From the NCBI GenBank assembly GCA_036229005.1, contig JAZAMN010000073.1, forward strand, positions 32,001-96,000: a DNA stretch of 64,000 nt, read 5' to 3'. Source of the stretch: Myxococcota bacterium (GTDB taxonomy: Bacteria; Myxococcota_A; UBA796; CAJQPC01). The notes under the pieces are model-generated. The model searched no databases. It was given only the letters and a program-made list of their open reading frames with translations, and was not told the DNA's origin. How positions within the stretch are numbered: position 1 is the stretch's first letter; each line of letters begins with the position of its first letter. Below, in pieces: positions 40,275 through 49,891 of this stretch. A program made the translations under genes and the position numbers.

Positions 40275-41795
40275 TCAGAGCCCCAGCAGGGCCTGGACCT
40301 GGGGTGCGGTGGCGTCGATCTCCGCCTGCACCTGGGTCTTGTACTGCGCCTGCATCTCGGCGACGGCCTTGGCCTCGGCGGCCTCGGAGGTCTTGACGAA
40401 GGGCGCGCACTTGGCGTTGTCCGCCTCCAGCCGCTTGGAGGCGGCGGCGGACTGCTCGGGGGTGAGGATCTTGTTCTTGGTCGCGCTGTCGTAGCGCACG
40501 GTGGCGTTGGTGCGGCAGCGGGACAAATCGCCCTCGGCCTTGCGGTAGACGTCGACCTGGGGGCTGCTCATGCCCAGGCTCACCAGGGTCTCCAGGCTGT
40601 CCGGGAGGTTGCGGACCTGGGGGGCGACCCACTGGCTGGGGCGCTCGGTGGTGAGCGCGCCGGGCTTCACGGCGTAGCGGCGCCCATCCAGGCTGATGGC
40701 CAGGCTGCCGTACAGCACCAGCATGGCCTCGCCGGCGGCCGGGAGCTCAGAGCCGCTGCCAGCGGGGGAGAGCTGATCGGGTTGAGCCACGAAGACCCAG
40801 GCGCCTGCGGGGGCCCGACGGGCCGCCTCGAAGGTGCCGGCCAGAGACTTGGTCCCCTCCTTGAGGTCCTCCTTGGGGAACACGCGCGCGAGCTCCCGGT
40901 CGTCGACGGAGGACTCCGCGGGGGGATCCCAGGCCTGGGCCCAGGCGTCCCACTGGACCTCGCCGGCCTCGACGGAAAGCGTGAGCATCTCGTTGCGGCC
41001 GTGGTTGACGGGGTAGAGCGCCCAGGTGCCGGCGGCGAGCTCCTTCTCCTGCTGGTTGTTGATGCAGACGGCCTCGGTCTGCTGCCAGGGGCGCTCCAGG
41101 GGCCCCACGAGCGCCACCCGGTCGGCATCGGAGCGCACGCGCACCTGCTGGGCCTCCGCCACATCCAGGTAGGTGACGGGCGTGGCGGAGAGCTGGCCCA
41201 GGCAGACCATGTCCTGGTAGCGCAGGTGGCTGAGCTTGCTCTGGTCCATCCGCTGGCTGTCGGTGCGGCCGGTGATCAGCAGGCCCTGGTTGGCCCCCAG
41301 GGCGCGGTGCTCGGCCTCGCTGCCGTCCAGCTCGGCGCTCAGGTCGGCCTTGGGGTTGGTGATGGTCAGGGTGAAGGGGCGCTCCAGGCCCATGTTGGGC
41401 TGGTTGACGTGGCCGACGAAGATCAGCCACTCCCCCGCGGGCCCGCTGACCACCACCTCGCTCTCGTTGCCGACGTCCGCGCAGTAGACGGCGTTGTCGG
41501 GGCGCTGGACGACCATCATCCCCTTGCTGGTGCCGCCCTTCACCTTGATGCCCGGCTGGGTCATCTTGATGCGCAGCTTCTCGGCGGGCTCGTCCAGGGT
41601 CAGGATGACCGGCGTGGTCAGCTCACCGGCCGGGCAGTTGGTGAACAGCTTGGTGTTGTCGATGGCGATGGGGCCCGAGTAGTCCGCCACCCAGGGGTTG
41701 CTGGGGGCGTCGGACAGGTTCACCTCGGCGACGGGCTGGGGGCCGCCGGCCTGGAAGAGGCTGGGGAGAAGGCTCAGGGCAAGGAGAGAGAGCAT
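40275..41795 (-). CDS. Secreted hypothetical protein, paralog of 41904-43523
   Basis: Hydrophobic N-terminus after GGAGG; shares PQPVAE.NL, SNPWV.DY, VVSGPAGEWLIFVGH, ERPFTL, AAGEAML, L.ADNAKCA with neighbour. Confidence 0.8.
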   Translation of the reverse strand: MLSLLALSLLPSLFQAGGPQPVAEVNLSDAPSNPWVADYSGPIAIDNTKLFTNCPAGELTTPVILTLDEPAEKLRIKMTQPGIKVKGGTSKGMMVVQRPDNAVYCADVGNESEVVVSGPAGEWLIFVGHVNQPNMGLERPFTLTITNPKADLSAELDGSEAEHRALGANQGLLITGRTDSQRMDQSKLSHLRYQDMVCLGQLSATPVTYLDVAEAQQVRVRSDADRVALVGPLERPWQQTEAVCINNQQEKELAAGTWALYPVNHGRNEMLTLSVEAGEVQWDAWAQAWDPPAESSVDDRELARVFPKEDLKEGTKSLAGTFEAARRAPAGAWVFVAQPDQLSPAGSGSELPAAGEAMLVLYGSLAISLDGRRYAVKPGALTTERPSQWVAPQVRNLPDSLETLVSLGMSSPQVDVYRKAEGDLSRCRTNATVRYDSATKNKILTPEQSAAASKRLEADNAKCAPFVKTSEAAEAKAVAEMQAQYKTQVQAEIDATAPQVQALLGL

Positions 41796-41903
41796 GGGGT
41801 CCTCCACAATGGGGGGCCCACCTCACCCACTCTCTTGGCCCACGCCCCCTCCAGTCACATCAAGTCACAAGCGAGGTGCGGCTGGGTCCCCGCGGCGCCG
41901 AGC

Positions 41904-43523
41904 TCAGAGACCCAGGCGCGCCTGGATGCCCGGCAGAGTGGTCGCGTACTGGGCCTCCAGCAGGCTGCTCCACTCGGCCTGCATCTCGACCACGGCCTTG
42001 TCCTTGGCGGCCGCGGCGGCCTTGGCGTGCACCGCACACTTGGCGTTGTCCGCCGACAAGCGGTCGGAGGCGGCCTTGGCCTGGGCCTGGGTCAGGATCT
42101 GGCCCTCGGTGGCGTTGGCGTAGCGGGTGGACGACACGCTGCGGCAGTTGGAGTCCGCGCCGTCGGCCTTGTAGAAGGCATCAACCGAGGGGGTGCGCAG
42201 GCCGTGTGCCATCAGGGAGCCGAAGTCGCCGGGCATGTTGCGCAGGGTGGGCTGCACCCAGGCGGCGGGGGGCTGGATGGTCAGGGCGCCCTCGTCCACG
42301 CTGTAGAAGCTGCCGTCCGCGCCCAGGGCCATGTCCGCGTGGATCAGGAGCATGGCCTCACCGGCAGCGGGGGCCTCGGGGGTGCTGCCTTCTCCCACCC
42401 ACATGGGGCTGAGCTTGCTGCCGTCCGCGACGAACACGAAGCTGGTGGGGGGCGCTGCGCGCATCAGCTCGTAGGAGCGGGTGATGTCCATCGCCTTGCG
42501 CTCGATGCCGGCGTGGGGGAACACGCGCCAGATCTCGCGGTCGCTCAGGGGGGTGTCCGCGGCCGGCTCCCAGGCAGGGGCCCACTGCTCCCACTCGGCC
42601 TCTCCGGAGGAGACGCTCAGGGTGTAGATGCCCTTGGAGCCGTAGGTGGAGACCGGGTAGACGGCCCAGGTGCCGGCGGGCACCTCCTGGTCCCCGCTCA
42701 TGCAGGTGGCCTTGATGTCGCGCCAGCGGCCGTTGATGGGACCGACCAGGGCGACGCTGTCCCCGGCGTCACCGCTGACGCGCAGGCGCTGAGCGGTCTC
42801 CAGATCCAGGTACATCGCGGGGGCCTCTGCGGTGCGTCCGTGGCAGATGCGGCCATCCCGGCGCGCGGGGAGCAGGTCGCTCTGGTCGCCATCGGCCAGG
42901 TGGTAGGCGGTGACGGCGAAGCTCTCGCCGGTGCGGATGCTCCGGTGCTCGACCTCGCTGCCGTCCAGGTCCGGGGTGAGGTCCTTGTTGGGGTCCTCGA
43001 CCGAGAGGGTGAAGGGGCGCTCGATGCCGATGTTGGGCTGGCCGTTGTGGCCCACGAAGATCAGCCACTCGCCGGCCGGGCCGCTCACCACCAGCTCCTC
43101 GTCGTTGGAGATCTCCGAGCAGTAGTAGCTTCCGTCCGGGGACTGCACGACGAAGAGCCCGCGGCTCATCCCACCCTTGAGCTTGATCTCCGGCTGGGTC
43201 ACCCGCACCCGCATCTTCTCGACGGGCTGGTCCACCGTCATGATCACCGGCGTGGTCATCTCACCCGTCGAGCAGGCGTCGAAGACGTCCACGACGTTGA
43301 GCGCGATGGGGGCGGCGTAGTCGACCACCCAGGGGTTGCTGTCCGCGTCGTTCAGGTTGATCTCCGCGACGGGCTGGGGGGCCCCGAGCGAAGGCATCGG
43401 CTTGCTCTCGGCCTCGCCCTGCTGGGTGGTGGGCAGGCCTTCGATGGTGACCGACTTCTTGGCGGCCTCCTTGGCCTTGTCCAGGGCGCCAGAGACGATG
43501 AGCAGGGTGAGGAATGAAAGCAC
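41904..43523 (-). CDS. Secreted hypothetical protein, paralog of 40275-41795
   Basis: Same shared blocks, collinear along the whole length. Confidence 0.8.
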   Translation of the reverse strand: MLSFLTLLIVSGALDKAKEAAKKSVTIEGLPTTQQGEAESKPMPSLGAPQPVAEINLNDADSNPWVVDYAAPIALNVVDVFDACSTGEMTTPVIMTVDQPVEKMRVRVTQPEIKLKGGMSRGLFVVQSPDGSYYCSEISNDEELVVSGPAGEWLIFVGHNGQPNIGIERPFTLSVEDPNKDLTPDLDGSEVEHRSIRTGESFAVTAYHLADGDQSDLLPARRDGRICHGRTAEAPAMYLDLETAQRLRVSGDAGDSVALVGPINGRWRDIKATCMSGDQEVPAGTWAVYPVSTYGSKGIYTLSVSSGEAEWEQWAPAWEPAADTPLSDREIWRVFPHAGIERKAMDITRSYELMRAAPPTSFVFVADGSKLSPMWVGEGSTPEAPAAGEAMLLIHADMALGADGSFYSVDEGALTIQPPAAWVQPTLRNMPGDFGSLMAHGLRTPSVDAFYKADGADSNCRSVSSTRYANATEGQILTQAQAKAASDRLSADNAKCAVHAKAAAAAKDKAVVEMQAEWSSLLEAQYATTLPGIQARLGL

Positions 43524-43679
43524 GGGAACTCCAACAAAATCAGGACGCTGCGGCTATCCGCCCCGCCCCCGACCGGCCAGCGGACCGCAGGCCTCTGCGC
43601 GCACCGCACGATCCCCGTCCGGGGTCCCCCAGCCCACCGCGTTAGGCCCGCAGCCACCATCCGAAATCGAGGTCCCCAC

Positions 43680-45347
43680 ATGGCTGAGTTCGTCTACCAG
43701 ATGATCGGCACCGAGAAGGTGCTGCCCTCTGGCCGCCGCATCCTGGAGCCCACCTGGCTGAGCTTCTTCCCCGACGCCAAGATCGGCATGCTGGGCCACA
43801 ACGGCGCCGGCAAGTCCACGCTGATGCGCATCATGGCCGGCCTGGACGAGGACTACAACGGCCAGACCATCCTGCGGCCAAACGCCTCGCGTGGCTACCT
43901 GCCCCAGGAGCCCCAGTTGGACGAGTCCCTGACCGTCCGCGAGAACATCGAGCTGGGCCTGTCCCACTGGCGTCAGCTCCTGGCCGACTACGAGGCCGTC
44001 TCCGAGGGCTTCGGCGACCCCGACGCCGACTTCGACAAGCTGATCGAGCGCCAGGCCCGTCTGCAGGACGAGATCGACGCCGCCGGCGCCTGGGACATCG
44101 ACCGCACCCTGGACATCGCCATGGACGCCCTGCGCGTGCCCCCTGGCGACTGGAAGGTGGAGAACCTGTCCGGCGGTGAGAAGCGGCGAGTGGCCCTGTG
44201 CCGTCTGCTGCTCGAGAAGCCCGACATGCTGCTGCTGGACGAGCCCACCAACCACCTGGACGCCGAGTCCGTGGCCTGGCTGGAGCGGCACCTGGCCGAC
44301 TACCCCGGCTGCGTCATCGCCATCACCCATGATCGCTACTTCATGGACAACGTGGCGCAGTGGATCCTGGAGTTGGACCACGGCAAGGCCTACCCCTTCG
44401 AGGGCAACTACTCCGGCTGGCTGGAGCAGAAGACCGAGCGCATGCGCCAGGAGAAGAAGTCCGAGAGCCGCCAGGCCAAGCGCATGGCCGAGGAGCTGGA
44501 CTGGATCCGCAAGTCCCCCAAGGGCCGCCAGGCCAAGTCCAAGGCCCGCGTGACCGCGTACGACGATCTGGTCGCGAGCAGCCAGAAGGACGAGCGGCAC
44601 AGCACCGGGGCCACCATCCAGATCCCCCTGACCAAGCGCCTGGGCAATGAGGTGCTCAGCGTCGACAAGGTCACCAAGGCCTACGGCGACAAGCTGCTGT
44701 TCGAGGATCTGAGCTTCAACCTGCCCCGCGGCGGCATCGTCGGCGTCATCGGCGCAAACGGCGCGGGCAAGACCACCCTGTTCCGCATGATCGTGGGCAA
44801 CGAGCAGCCCGACAGCGGCAACCTGGAGCTGGGTGAGACCGTGGACCTGGCCTACGTGGACCAGTCCCGCGACGCGCTGGACCCCAACAAGTCCGTGTGG
44901 GAGGAGATCAGCGGCGGCCACGACATCGTGGTCATCGGCGACAAGGAGATGAACAGCCGCGCCTATGTGAGCCTGTTCAACTTCAAGGGCTCCGACCAGC
45001 AGCAGAAGGTCGGCACCCTCTCCGGCGGCGAGCGCAACCGCGTGCACCTGGCCAAGCTGCTCCAGAAGGGCGGCAACCTGATCCTGCTGGACGAGCCCAC
45101 CAACGACCTGGACGTCGAGACCCTGGCCAACCTGGAGGAGGCCCTGCTGGCCTTCCCCGGCTGCGTCGTGGTCATCAGCCATGATCGCTTCTTCCTGGAC
45201 CGCATCGCCACGCACATGCTGGCCTTCGAGGGCGACTCCCACGTGGAGTGGTTCGAGGGCAACTTCCAGGAGTACGAGAAGGACAAGAAGCGCCGCCTGG
45301 GCGACGTCGGTCCTACCCGCATCAAGTACAAGAAGTTGACCCGCTGA
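43680..45347 (+). CDS. ettA: Energy-dependent translational throttle protein EttA (ABC-F)
   Basis: 555 aa; LSFFPDAKIG, two Walker A sets, LSGGEKRRVALCRLLL, PKGRQAKSKAR, LSGGERNR, HVEWFEGNF. Confidence 0.97.
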   Translation: MAEFVYQMIGTEKVLPSGRRILEPTWLSFFPDAKIGMLGHNGAGKSTLMRIMAGLDEDYNGQTILRPNASRGYLPQEPQLDESLTVRENIELGLSHWRQLLADYEAVSEGFGDPDADFDKLIERQARLQDEIDAAGAWDIDRTLDIAMDALRVPPGDWKVENLSGGEKRRVALCRLLLEKPDMLLLDEPTNHLDAESVAWLERHLADYPGCVIAITHDRYFMDNVAQWILELDHGKAYPFEGNYSGWLEQKTERMRQEKKSESRQAKRMAEELDWIRKSPKGRQAKSKARVTAYDDLVASSQKDERHSTGATIQIPLTKRLGNEVLSVDKVTKAYGDKLLFEDLSFNLPRGGIVGVIGANGAGKTTLFRMIVGNEQPDSGNLELGETVDLAYVDQSRDALDPNKSVWEEISGGHDIVVIGDKEMNSRAYVSLFNFKGSDQQQKVGTLSGGERNRVHLAKLLQKGGNLILLDEPTNDLDVETLANLEEALLAFPGCVVVISHDRFFLDRIATHMLAFEGDSHVEWFEGNFQEYEKDKKRRLGDVGPTRIKYKKLTR

Positions 45348-45352
45348 GGCGG

Positions 45353-45648
45353 GTCATTGCCCTGTGGGGGAGTGTCCCCCACACCCCCTGTACGGGCTCA
45401 TACGAGCCCGGCGCGACCGAGGGGCCGGTCGCGCGGAGCGGGGCCGACGCGACAGTTCCCCGCGAGAAGCGGGCTCGTCGGGCCCCACTCCCAAATCGCT
45501 GAAAGCGAGTCATCGCTCTGTGGGGGAGTGTCCCCCACACCCCCTGAACGGGCTCCTCGGAGCCCGGCGCGACCGAGGGACCGGTCGCGCGGAGCGGGGC
45601 CGACGCGAGAGTTCTCCGCGAGAAGCGGGCGCGTCGGGCCCCACTCCC
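45353..45648. repeat. Two tandem copies (156-bp period) of a multi-hairpin element
   Basis: Each copy: GTGGGGGAGTGTCCCCCAC, GGGCTC-N4-GAGCCC, CGCGACCG-N6-CGGTCGCG and long GGAGCGGGGCCGACG...CGTCGGGCCCCACTCC stem. Confidence 0.9.
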
Positions 45649-45659
45649 TGAGCGCGCCA

Positions 45660-47120
45660 GGTATCGGGTATCGGGTATCGGGCATCAGGTATCGGGGGGG
45701 CGCGCGGCGACAGGCGACCGGGGACCGGCAACCGCCGATGACGCTTCTCCGGGCTCCTGCGTCGGTGGCAGCCGACTGGGTCGGACGTCTCGGGGCGGCG
45801 CCGGTCCTCCGTCCGGCCGACAGCTCGGACTGAGGACGGCGTTCCGTGGGGGCCCTGGAGACGGCTGGGGCATCAGCTAGCGGGGGGGCGCGCGGCGACA
45901 GGCGACCGGGGACCGGCAACCGCCGATGACGCTTCTCCGGGCTCCAACGTTGGTGGCAGCCGACTGGCTCGGGCGTCTCGGGGAGGGGCCGGTCCTGCGT
46001 CCGGCCCACAGCTCGGTCTGCGGACGGCGTTTCGTGGCGGCCCAGGAGACGGCTGGGGCATCAGGTATCGGGCATCAGGTATCAGGGGCGCGCGGCGACA
46101 GGCGACCGGGGACGGGCAACCGCCGATGACGCTTCTCCGGGCGCCGGCGTCCGTGGCAGCCGACTGGTTCGGGCGCATCGGGGAGGGGCCGGTCCTGCGT
46201 CCGGCCCAAAGTTCGATTTGCGGACGGCGTTTCGTGACGGCCCCGGAGACGGCTGGGGGTATCAGGTATCGGGTATCAGGTATCGGGGGGCGCGCGGCGA
46301 CAGGCGACCGGGGACCGGCAACCGCCGATGACGCTCTGCTGGGCCCCGGCGTTGGTGGCAGCCGACTGGTTCGGGCGCCTCGGGGAGGGGCCGGTCCTGC
46401 GTCCGGCCCACAGCTCGGTCTGTGGACGGCATTGCGTGGCGGCCCAGGAGACGGCTGGGGGTATCAGGTATCAGGCGTCAGGTATCAGGGGGCGATCGGG
46501 GACCGGGGACCGCCGCTGACGCTTCTCCGGGCTCCGGCGTTGGTGGCAGCCGACTGGTTCGGGCGTCTCGGGGAGGGGCCGGTCCTGCGTCCGGCCCACA
46601 GCTTCGCCCCCGGATGAAGCTCCAGGGCCGCCCCCAAGACGGCGCCTCGGCCCACCATCGGCGTCATGACCGATACCTGATACCCGAGACCTGAGCCCCC
46701 GCGCGGCGACAGGCGACCGGGGACCGGCAACCGCCGATGACGCTCTGCTGGGCTCAGGCATTGGTGGCAGCCGACTGGTTCGGGCGTCTCGGGGAGGGGC
46801 CGGTCCTGCGTCCGGCCCACAGCTCGGCTTGCGGACGGCGCTCCGTGGCCGCCCCGGAGACGGCTGGGGGTATCAGGTATCGGGCATCAGGTATCGGGGG
46901 CTCGCGGCGACAGGCGACCGGGGACCGGCAACCGCCGATGACGCTTCTCTGGGCTCCGGCGTTGGTGGCAGCCGACTGGTTCGGGCGCCTCGGGGAGGGG
47001 CCGGTCCTGCGTCCGGCCCACAGCTCGGTTTGCGGACGGCGCTCCGGGTTCGCCCCGCAGGCGGCGTCTCGGCCTGGAGCGGCGTCATGCCCGATACCCG
47101 ATACCTGATCTCCGATACCC
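45660..47120. repeat. Tandem array A: seven ~200-bp REP/BIME-like units
   Basis: Core GGCGACAGGCGACCGGGGAC...GGTGGCAGCCGACT...CCGGCCCAC at about 45706, 45894, 46094, 46296, 46491, 46705, 46906; GGTATC[A/G] heptamer linkers. Confidence 0.95.
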
Positions 47121-47183
47121 GCCCTCCCCAACACGCCCCCACAACTCGGCTGCCACCACGAAAACGACGGGAACTCAAGGTTT

Positions 47184-47232
47184 TCGCCGGTCGCCGGTCG
47201 CCGGTCGCCGGTCGCCGGTCGCCTGTCGCCGG
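47184..47232. repeat. Heptamer microsatellite (TCGCCGG)x7
   Basis: Directly visible; one copy is TCGCCTG. Confidence 0.9.
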
Positions 47233-47250
47233 CCGTCGAACGCCGCCCCC

Positions 47251-49200
47251 CTACTCCAACGCCACCTCAACCTCCGCGCCCCCCCGCCGCACCACCAGCG
47301 TCATCCCCGGCCCCGAGTAGTTGTCCAGCGCCCAGGCCGTCGCTTGCTGCGCCGCGTGGGGGGCCAGCTCCAGCACGTCCATCCCCATCACGACCACGCC
47401 CAGGAGCACGTCTCCCCGCTGCAGCCCGGCGGCCTCGGCCATGGAGCCCGACTCCACAGCGGCGACCTCCAGCTCCCCGCTGGCGTTGGTGGACACCGAG
47501 AAGCCCTGCTCCTCCAGCAACTTGGCCTCGCCGGTCTCCAGCACCACGTCCTGACTCGCCACCCCATCCTGGACGGTCACGCTCACCCGCTCCAGCGGCC
47601 GCTGCGCCAGGAACACCGCGTACTCCCCGTCGTCCAGCCCGGTGATCTCGAACACGCCGTCCTGATCGCTCAGCGCGCCCGCGCCCACCGGGTTCACGGT
47701 CTCCCGCTGCGCGAAGGTGGTCAGCACGGGCTGGTTGTTCTCCGGCTCGCCCGTCAGCCCGGAGTACACGACCCCCGTGATCACGCCCCCGCCGCCGATG
47801 TCGATGTCCCCAAGGTCCACCACCCCCGACTCCACCCACACGTCCGGCTGGGGCGCCCGGGACTCGCCGGTGGTCAGCTCCACCAGGTAGCGGCCGGGCT
47901 CCAGCCCCTCGGCCAGGAAGCTGCCGTCCTTCTCACAGCGCCCCTGCCGCGCGACCACACCACCGCCCGAGAGGTCCGCGGCCAGCTCTCCGAACTCCGG
48001 CACCTTGGCCACCGTCCAGCGACAGCGGGCCGGCGAGCTCCCCCGAAGCACCCGCCCGGTCACCGCGCCCGTCGCGTCGCGGAAGTCCAGCAGCGCGATG
48101 TCCTCGTCTGCGCCGACCAGCACCGATCGACCCCCGGCGCGGACGGCGACTTCTCCTGGTGGGCACTGGCAGCTCGTGGGGTTCCCCGAGCACATCCCCC
48201 CCAGCGGCAGCCTCGGGCGCGTGCAGAACACCGGCGTCACGGTCACGCAGGAGTCCTCCGGGAAGCCCAGGCACTTGACCTCCACCAGGCGGAAGGGCTC
48301 CAGCACAAAGTCCAGCTCCAGGCTCTCCTGGCCGGGGGCAAAGCGCACTGGGTGGCTGGCCTCCTTGAAGCCGGGCTGGCTCGCCTGGGCCGTCAGGGTG
48401 TGCGTCTCCGAGGCCGGCAGGAAGAGGGAGTAGGTGCCGTCTGCGGCGAGATCGACGTGCACACCGAGCCGAAACACCCGGACCCTGCCCTCCGTGATGG
48501 GATCCCCCGCAAGCGAGGTCACCCGACCGTGGACCTCCACGCCCTGCTCGATGACCACGACCTTGTCGGTCTCCTCCAGGGTGTCGATGGCCACGCGGGC
48601 CTGGCTCCAGCCGGGGACCTGGATCTCCAGCGTGCCCTGACCGCAGGCCGTCTCGATGGGGGTCCAGCCCTCCGCCTCCAGAGCGATCTGACGCTCCAGT
48701 GAGGGCTGCACGAAGCCCTCGCTCTGGATGCGCGCGGTCACCGTCCCCGGGCTCAGCGGGTTGCCCTGGGGGTCCTCCACGCGGAGCTGGATGGGACAGC
48801 GCTCCGGCGTGATGAAGTCGTAGGGGCCGGCCTGCGCCTCGACCACGTGGGCGCTGGGATCCGAGCTGCGGGGCCCCAGGTTGATGTTGTCGCCGGGCTG
48901 CGCGAGCAGGGTGTAGCGCCCGTCCGCGTCGCTGCGCACGCTCGCCACGCGGCCCTGACCGGCGCGCCAGAGCCGCACCTCGATGTCGTCGGCCGGGCTC
49001 CCGTCCGGGAAGCGGAGCTGCCCCTGGACCTCCTCGAGATCGCCGGGGTCGGGCTCGCTCAGGCGCACCGAGGGGGTCTGCACCTGGGAAAGCTCGGGGG
49101 CCGCGCGCTCGGGCTTCAGCGAGCCCAGGAGCGCCACGACGCCCACCACGAGCGCCAGGACGAGGCCGCCCAGGAGCCCAACCAGCCAGCGGCGCTTCAC
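47251..49200 (-). CDS. Membrane-anchored protein with carboxypeptidase-regulatory-like repeats and C-terminal PDZ domain
   Basis: GTG 49200 gives MKRRWLVGLL TM; SDADGRY, SDQDGVFEITGL; VESGSMAEAAGLQRGDVL...LVVRRGG (PDZ). Confidence 0.8.
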   Translation of the reverse strand: MKRRWLVGLLGGLVLALVVGVVALLGSLKPERAAPELSQVQTPSVRLSEPDPGDLEEVQGQLRFPDGSPADDIEVRLWRAGQGRVASVRSDADGRYTLLAQPGDNINLGPRSSDPSAHVVEAQAGPYDFITPERCPIQLRVEDPQGNPLSPGTVTARIQSEGFVQPSLERQIALEAEGWTPIETACGQGTLEIQVPGWSQARVAIDTLEETDKVVVIEQGVEVHGRVTSLAGDPITEGRVRVFRLGVHVDLAADGTYSLFLPASETHTLTAQASQPGFKEASHPVRFAPGQESLELDFVLEPFRLVEVKCLGFPEDSCVTVTPVFCTRPRLPLGGMCSGNPTSCQCPPGEVAVRAGGRSVLVGADEDIALLDFRDATGAVTGRVLRGSSPARCRWTVAKVPEFGELAADLSGGGVVARQGRCEKDGSFLAEGLEPGRYLVELTTGESRAPQPDVWVESGVVDLGDIDIGGGGVITGVVYSGLTGEPENNQPVLTTFAQRETVNPVGAGALSDQDGVFEITGLDDGEYAVFLAQRPLERVSVTVQDGVASQDVVLETGEAKLLEEQGFSVSTNASGELEVAAVESGSMAEAAGLQRGDVLLGVVVMGMDVLELAPHAAQQATAWALDNYSGPGMTLVVRRGGAEVEVALE

Positions 49201-49204
49201 GGCC

Positions 49205-49828
49205 TCACTGGGTCTTGTAGGCGGCCTTGCGGACAAAGAGGGGCTGGGGCTGCCCGCCGGAGGCCGTGGCCTTGCCCACGCGGATCTCCAGCTCACCGGT
49301 GGCGTCGGGCACGGGCACCTGCAGCTTCACGAACACGAAGCTGGGGCCGGCGCTGGCCAGGGTCTCGCGGCGCACCTCGTTCCGGGTCGCGCCCACCTTC
49401 ATCCCGTCGGCGTAGACCTCGGTCACCAGCCAGTAGGCCCGGCCGTCGAAGTCGCTGGGCGCGCGGGCGACCAGGATGGGCAGCTCCAGCACGACCACAC
49501 CGGCGGCGGGGGAGCTGAGCTGGGGTGCGTAGCTGTCGGCCAGGGCGTCCTTGCCGATGGTCTCGGGGAGCTTGCCGGCGGCGGTCGCTGCAGAGGCCGG
49601 GGCCGCCTTGGGGGCGGGGGCCTTCACGGAGAAGTTGAAGTCGTCGTCCTCCTCCAGCTCGAAGGTGTCCTCGTCCAGCTCCTCGGCGGCCTTGCGCTTG
49701 GCGGCCTCGTCGCCCTCCTTGAGGAAGTCGAACTCGTCGTCCTCCTCGGCGGCCTCGTCGTCCTGGGCCACGGCGGGGGCGGGATCGGCAGCGAGGAGCA
49801 GGGAGAAGAGCGTGAGCAGCGTGGACAT
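49205..49828 (-). CDS. Secreted hypothetical protein with acidic N-terminal region
   Basis: GGAGG then MSTLLTLFSLLLAADPAPAVAQDDE; track start 50830 is antisense to the permease. Confidence 0.75.
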   Translation of the reverse strand: MSTLLTLFSLLLAADPAPAVAQDDEAAEEDDEFDFLKEGDEAAKRKAAEELDEDTFELEEDDDFNFSVKAPAPKAAPASAATAAGKLPETIGKDALADSYAPQLSSPAAGVVVLELPILVARAPSDFDGRAYWLVTEVYADGMKVGATRNEVRRETLASAGPSFVFVKLQVPVPDATGELEIRVGKATASGGQPQPLFVRKAAYKTQ

Positions 49829-49891
49829 GGGTCCTCCAATCGCGACGCCGCACCATAACCGCAGAGCCGTCGGGAGCGTTAGCTTTGGGGC

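Noticed and set aside
45660..47120. Array A as a CRISPR array
   Set aside because: Units are ~200 bp, the segments between conserved blocks are homologous rather than unique spacers, and no cas genes are present.
45357..47320. Many short ORFs in array A (e.g. MTLLRAPA...)
   Set aside because: Recur once per repeat unit without RBS and with variable ends; by-products of the repeat.
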